Positions 60,827 to 64,000 of a stretch of 64,000 bases of DNA are shown here, piece by piece; position 1 is the stretch's first letter, and each line of letters begins with the position of its first letter. The position numbers and the translations under genes were made by a program. The notes below the pieces were generated by a model. That model saw only the letters and a list, made by a program, of their open reading frames with translations. It had not been told where the DNA came from and made no database searches. This DNA comes from Piromyces finnis finn (taxonomy: Eukaryota; Fungi; Neocallimastigomycota). The stretch is from contig MCFH01000063.1 of the NCBI GenBank assembly GCA_002104945.1, positions 62,001-126,000 on the forward strand. The letters are read 5' to 3'.

Positions 60827-63800
60827 ATGGAAGAGAACGAAAACAACCACATGGATAATAATAATATTTTCGAAAACGCAACTCTTAAGGATGGTTTTGC
60901 AGGGGATCGCAGATATCTGAAGGGTTTCTTAGCTAAGGTGGAGCTAGTGTTTATGCTATATCCTGAACGGTATCAAGACGACGCAACCAAAATTCTCTAT
61001 ATAATATCAAGACTTTATGGGGACGCTATGAATTGGGCTGCTACTCTTATAAACAACCATGATCCGTGTCTTAATAACTACCAAGCTTTTGTTGACAGAT
61101 TTAAGGCTTTTTATGGTTATAACGATGCTACCTATGTTGCAAATCAAATGCTTAGAACCTTAAAACAACGCCGATTAGGAGGAATTAGAGGCTATATCTT
61201 GGAATTTAACCGCTATGCTGATGAATCAAACTGGAATGAACAAGCCAAAATGGATGCATTTATAGCTGGCCTTAATCAACAAGTTGCAGTTCGTATTTTG
61301 GAAATGTTTCCGGGTCCTAGGGATCTTCTTTCATTACAGACTATTGCTTCAAGAATCGATTCAAGATTATCTACACACCATACCTTTTTCCCTTCTGGTT
61401 CAAACAATGACCAAAACCGAAAGAAAAGATCTTTTCATCACTCTTCAAAAATAACAAAGTCCATTACAAACAGGAATAACCATGGCCCTATCTCAAACGA
61501 AGAAAAGGAAAGAAGAAAGAAAGAAAATCTTTGTGTGTATTGTGGTGCTTCAAGTCATAAGATTAATAATTGTCCAAAAAGAAAGAATAAAGATCGTGAA
61601 AATCCTTCACTAATATCTATTCCCACACTTATATCCGCTCCTAAAGAAGAAAACAAAACTCATAATAAAATGACAACTAAATTTAAACTTTCTTATGAAC
61701 TAAATACGGATATTCTTATTGACTCAGGATCCAAACTTAATTTAATTGATGTAGATTACTGTAACGATAATAACATTCCTTATCATGATGATGGTAACCT
61801 CCCAAATATCGTTGGTATCGGTGGTCGACAATCTCTTTTTGGAATTACATCTCCTTTGAATCTTCGCTACAAAGATCATCTCTGTCGAACACAATTCTAT
61901 GTAACTGATCTACCTTATTATCCTTGTATTCTTGGAATAGACTGGCTTAAAGAACACAATCCTTCTATTGATTTCACAAAGAACAAAATTTCATTTGTAT
62001 CCGATTACTGTTATAATCGTTGTATAACACTCTCCAATAATGTCCCTGAATTTCCTGAAGAAAGATCTGCTTTTCCTGCAATGGAAGATCCTTCTTACGA
62101 ACCTCCGCATGATTCATTCGCTTACCCTATATTTGTCGATAAACAAAACATCCAATCTCAAAACGAAACTAATCGTACTTGTACTATTCTCTGTTCGGGT
62201 TCTTCTAAAAATATTAACAATTCTGTTTCTAAGAAGTCTTCTGTTAACTTTTCTACTTCGTCTCTCTCAAATCAAGAACAAACTTCTGTTTTGACTTCTT
62301 TTTCTGATTCTAATATTCAATCCAATTCTATTCTCAAATCCGATTCAAACTCTAAATCAGAACCCAATTCTTCTATTATACTTCCGGATGTTCTCTCTGA
62401 CTTTGCTGATGTCTTCAATGAATCTAATGCTGAAAAACTTCCTCCACACCGTCCATACGATTGTGAAATAAAACTCAAAGAAAATTCAAAACTGTTTTAT
62501 GGACCGATTTATCCTCTAACAGAAACCGAATCAATTGCTTTAGAAGAATATATAAAAGAAAATCTCAAGAAAGGATTTATTAGAAAATCAAAATCGCCTG
62601 CGGGAGCTCCTATTCTGTTTGTACCTAAGAAAAACGGTCAACTTCGTATGTGTGTTGACTATCGCCAATTAAACTCCATAACTATTCGTGATTCTTATCC
62701 CCTTCCTCTTATACAAGATATGCTTGAACATCTTGGAAAAGGGAAGATTTTCTCAAAATTGGATCTTCGTTCTGCCTATAACTTGGTCAGGATTAAAAGT
62801 GGTGATGAATATAAAACCGCTTTTACTTGCAAGTTAGGTCATTTTGAATACTGTGTGATGCCTTTTGGGTTGAAAAATGCACCTGCTGTTTTTCAACATT
62901 TCATTAATGATGTTCTTGAAGACGTTCTTGGTAAATTCGCTTTCTCTTGCATAGATGATATTATTATTTTTTCCTCTGATTATAAATCTCATATATCTCA
63001 TGTCAAAACTGTTTTGAAACTCCTGAGGGATGCTGGGCTCTATGCTAAATTGGAAAAATGCGAGTTCTTTGTTTCTTTTATTGATTTCCTTGGTCATAGG
63101 ATTTCTACTGATGGTATTCACATGGACCCAAATAAAGTTTCTTCTATTTTAAACTGGCCTACTCCATCTAATGTTAAAGAGGTTCAATCTTTTCTTGGTC
63201 TTGCGAACTACTACCGTCGATTTATTCCAAATTTTGCAAAGATCGCTCATCCTTTGCATAAACTTTTGAAGAAAAATGTTAAATTTGTATGGTCTAAAGA
63301 AGCTCAAGATGCTTTCGATTCACTCAAGTCCTTATTTGTTTCTGCTCCTGTTCTTATATTTCCTAATCGTGAACTTCCATTCATAGTCGAAACTGATTCA
63401 AGTAACTTTGCCATTGGTGCTATTCTCTCGCAAGTCTCTCCAATTGATAATATGACCCATCCAGTTGCTTTCTTTTCTCGCTCTCTTACTGGTCCTGAAC
63501 GTAATTATCCAATATATGATAAAGAGCTCTTAGCTATCGTTGCTGCTCTTGAAACATGGCGTCATCTACTTAAAGGCTCTTCTTCTACTTTTAAGATTTA
63601 CTCGGATCATCGAAATTTACTCTATCAAAAGAAACCTGAAAAAATGTCTCAACGTCTTGTTCGCTGGGCTTTGTTTCTCTCTGAATTTAACTTTGTTATT
63701 ATTTATCGTTCTGGTTCTTCTAACGGTAAGCCTGATGCTCTATCTCGTCGTCCTGATTATGCTATCAATTCGAATTCCTCTTCTGATGTTCCTTTTAATG

Positions 63801-64000
63801 TTCTTCGCCCTGAAAACTTTTGTGCCATTGTGACTTCTGTTTCGTCCATTAGTGATTCTTTTCTTTCCGAATATATAAATGATGACTTTTACAATAAAAT
63901 CTGTGAATATCTTGATTGTAGGAAACCTCCAATACCTCACCCTCAAATTGACAAATTTTCCTTAAGCAATAGTTTTCTCCTTTTTACTGACAGAATCTAT
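60827..64000 (+). CDS. gag-pol: Element I Gag-Pol, 3'-partial; absent from the ORF track because no stop occurs in the window
   Basis: ATG GAA GAG AAC GAA at 60827. Position 64000 corresponds to 43273 in C, so there is no net indel. Confidence 0.9.
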   Translation, partial: MEENENNHMDNNNIFENATLKDGFAGDRRYLKGFLAKVELVFMLYPERYQDDATKILYIISRLYGDAMNWAATLINNHDPCLNNYQAFVDRFKAFYGYNDATYVANQMLRTLKQRRLGGIRGYILEFNRYADESNWNEQAKMDAFIAGLNQQVAVRILEMFPGPRDLLSLQTIASRIDSRLSTHHTFFPSGSNNDQNRKKRSFHHSSKITKSITNRNNHGPISNEEKERRKKENLCVYCGASSHKINNCPKRKNKDRENPSLISIPTLISAPKEENKTHNKMTTKFKLSYELNTDILIDSGSKLNLIDVDYCNDNNIPYHDDGNLPNIVGIGGRQSLFGITSPLNLRYKDHLCRTQFYVTDLPYYPCILGIDWLKEHNPSIDFTKNKISFVSDYCYNRCITLSNNVPEFPEERSAFPAMEDPSYEPPHDSFAYPIFVDKQNIQSQNETNRTCTILCSGSSKNINNSVSKKSSVNFSTSSLSNQEQTSVLTSFSDSNIQSNSILKSDSNSKSEPNSSIILPDVLSDFADVFNESNAEKLPPHRPYDCEIKLKENSKLFYGPIYPLTETESIALEEYIKENLKKGFIRKSKSPAGAPILFVPKKNGQLRMCVDYRQLNSITIRDSYPLPLIQDMLEHLGKGKIFSKLDLRSAYNLVRIKSGDEYKTAFTCKLGHFEYCVMPFGLKNAPAVFQHFINDVLEDVLGKFAFSCIDDIIIFSSDYKSHISHVKTVLKLLRDAGLYAKLEKCEFFVSFIDFLGHRISTDGIHMDPNKVSSILNWPTPSNVKEVQSFLGLANYYRRFIPNFAKIAHPLHKLLKKNVKFVWSKEAQDAFDSLKSLFVSAPVLIFPNRELPFIVETDSSNFAIGAILSQVSPIDNMTHPVAFFSRSLTGPERNYPIYDKELLAIVAALETWRHLLKGSSSTFKIYSDHRNLLYQKKPEKMSQRLVRWALFLSEFNFVIIYRSGSSNGKPDALSRRPDYAINSNSSSDVPFNVLRPENFCAIVTSVSSISDSFLSEYINDDFYNKICEYLDCRKPPIPHPQIDKFSLSNSFLLFTDRIY

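Larger units (their letters stand above)
59496..64000 (+). mobile_element. Element I: second copy of the C family in inverted orientation, running off the window; 5' LTR 59496-59935
   Basis: The LTR, leader and ORF are colinear with element C with only scattered SNPs. Confidence 0.95.

Noticed and set aside
34795-63946. Numerous 60-100 aa ORFs overlapping gag and pol, including those duplicated between C and I
   Set aside because: They are alternative-frame or antisense by-products. Their recurrence reflects the near-identity of the two copies, not independent conservation.
34727-64000. RTs as retron, DGR or group II intron enzymes
   Set aside because: All lie in PR-RT-RH-IN order with LTRs and PPTs, which is standard Ty3/gypsy.

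Overview
This is very AT-rich eukaryotic DNA with spliceosomal GT-AG introns. Fungal dockerin (CBM10-like) modules, a CotH-dockerin gene and a bacterial-type pectate lyase point to an anaerobic gut fungus (Neocallimastigomycota; inferred). The first ~30 kb holds scattered host genes: an 8-exon ankyrin-DysF-FYVE-RING (Pib1-like) gene, a 7TM protein split by a 1-nt frameshift, a dockerin-only GPI-type surface protein, CotH-2x dockerin and a PL1 pectate lyase. It also holds a solitary, intronless, virus-like family B DNA polymerase with a ~290-aa low-complexity insert. The last ~34 kb has no host genes and is a nest of Ty3/gypsy LTR retrotransposons and LTRs, labelled A-I here. Main observations: (1) three different chromovirus families each have an 11-nt PBS complementary to a site in their own LTR ~30 nt downstream of a TATA box, the Tf1-type self-priming signature; (2) one LTR family carries a tRNA-Gln(UUG)-like segment with Pol III A/B boxes; (3) two elements have -1 frameshift cassettes (slippery heptamer plus hairpin or pseudoknot); (4) the orphan viral-type PolB. 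All coordinates were read by eye and may be off by a few nt.
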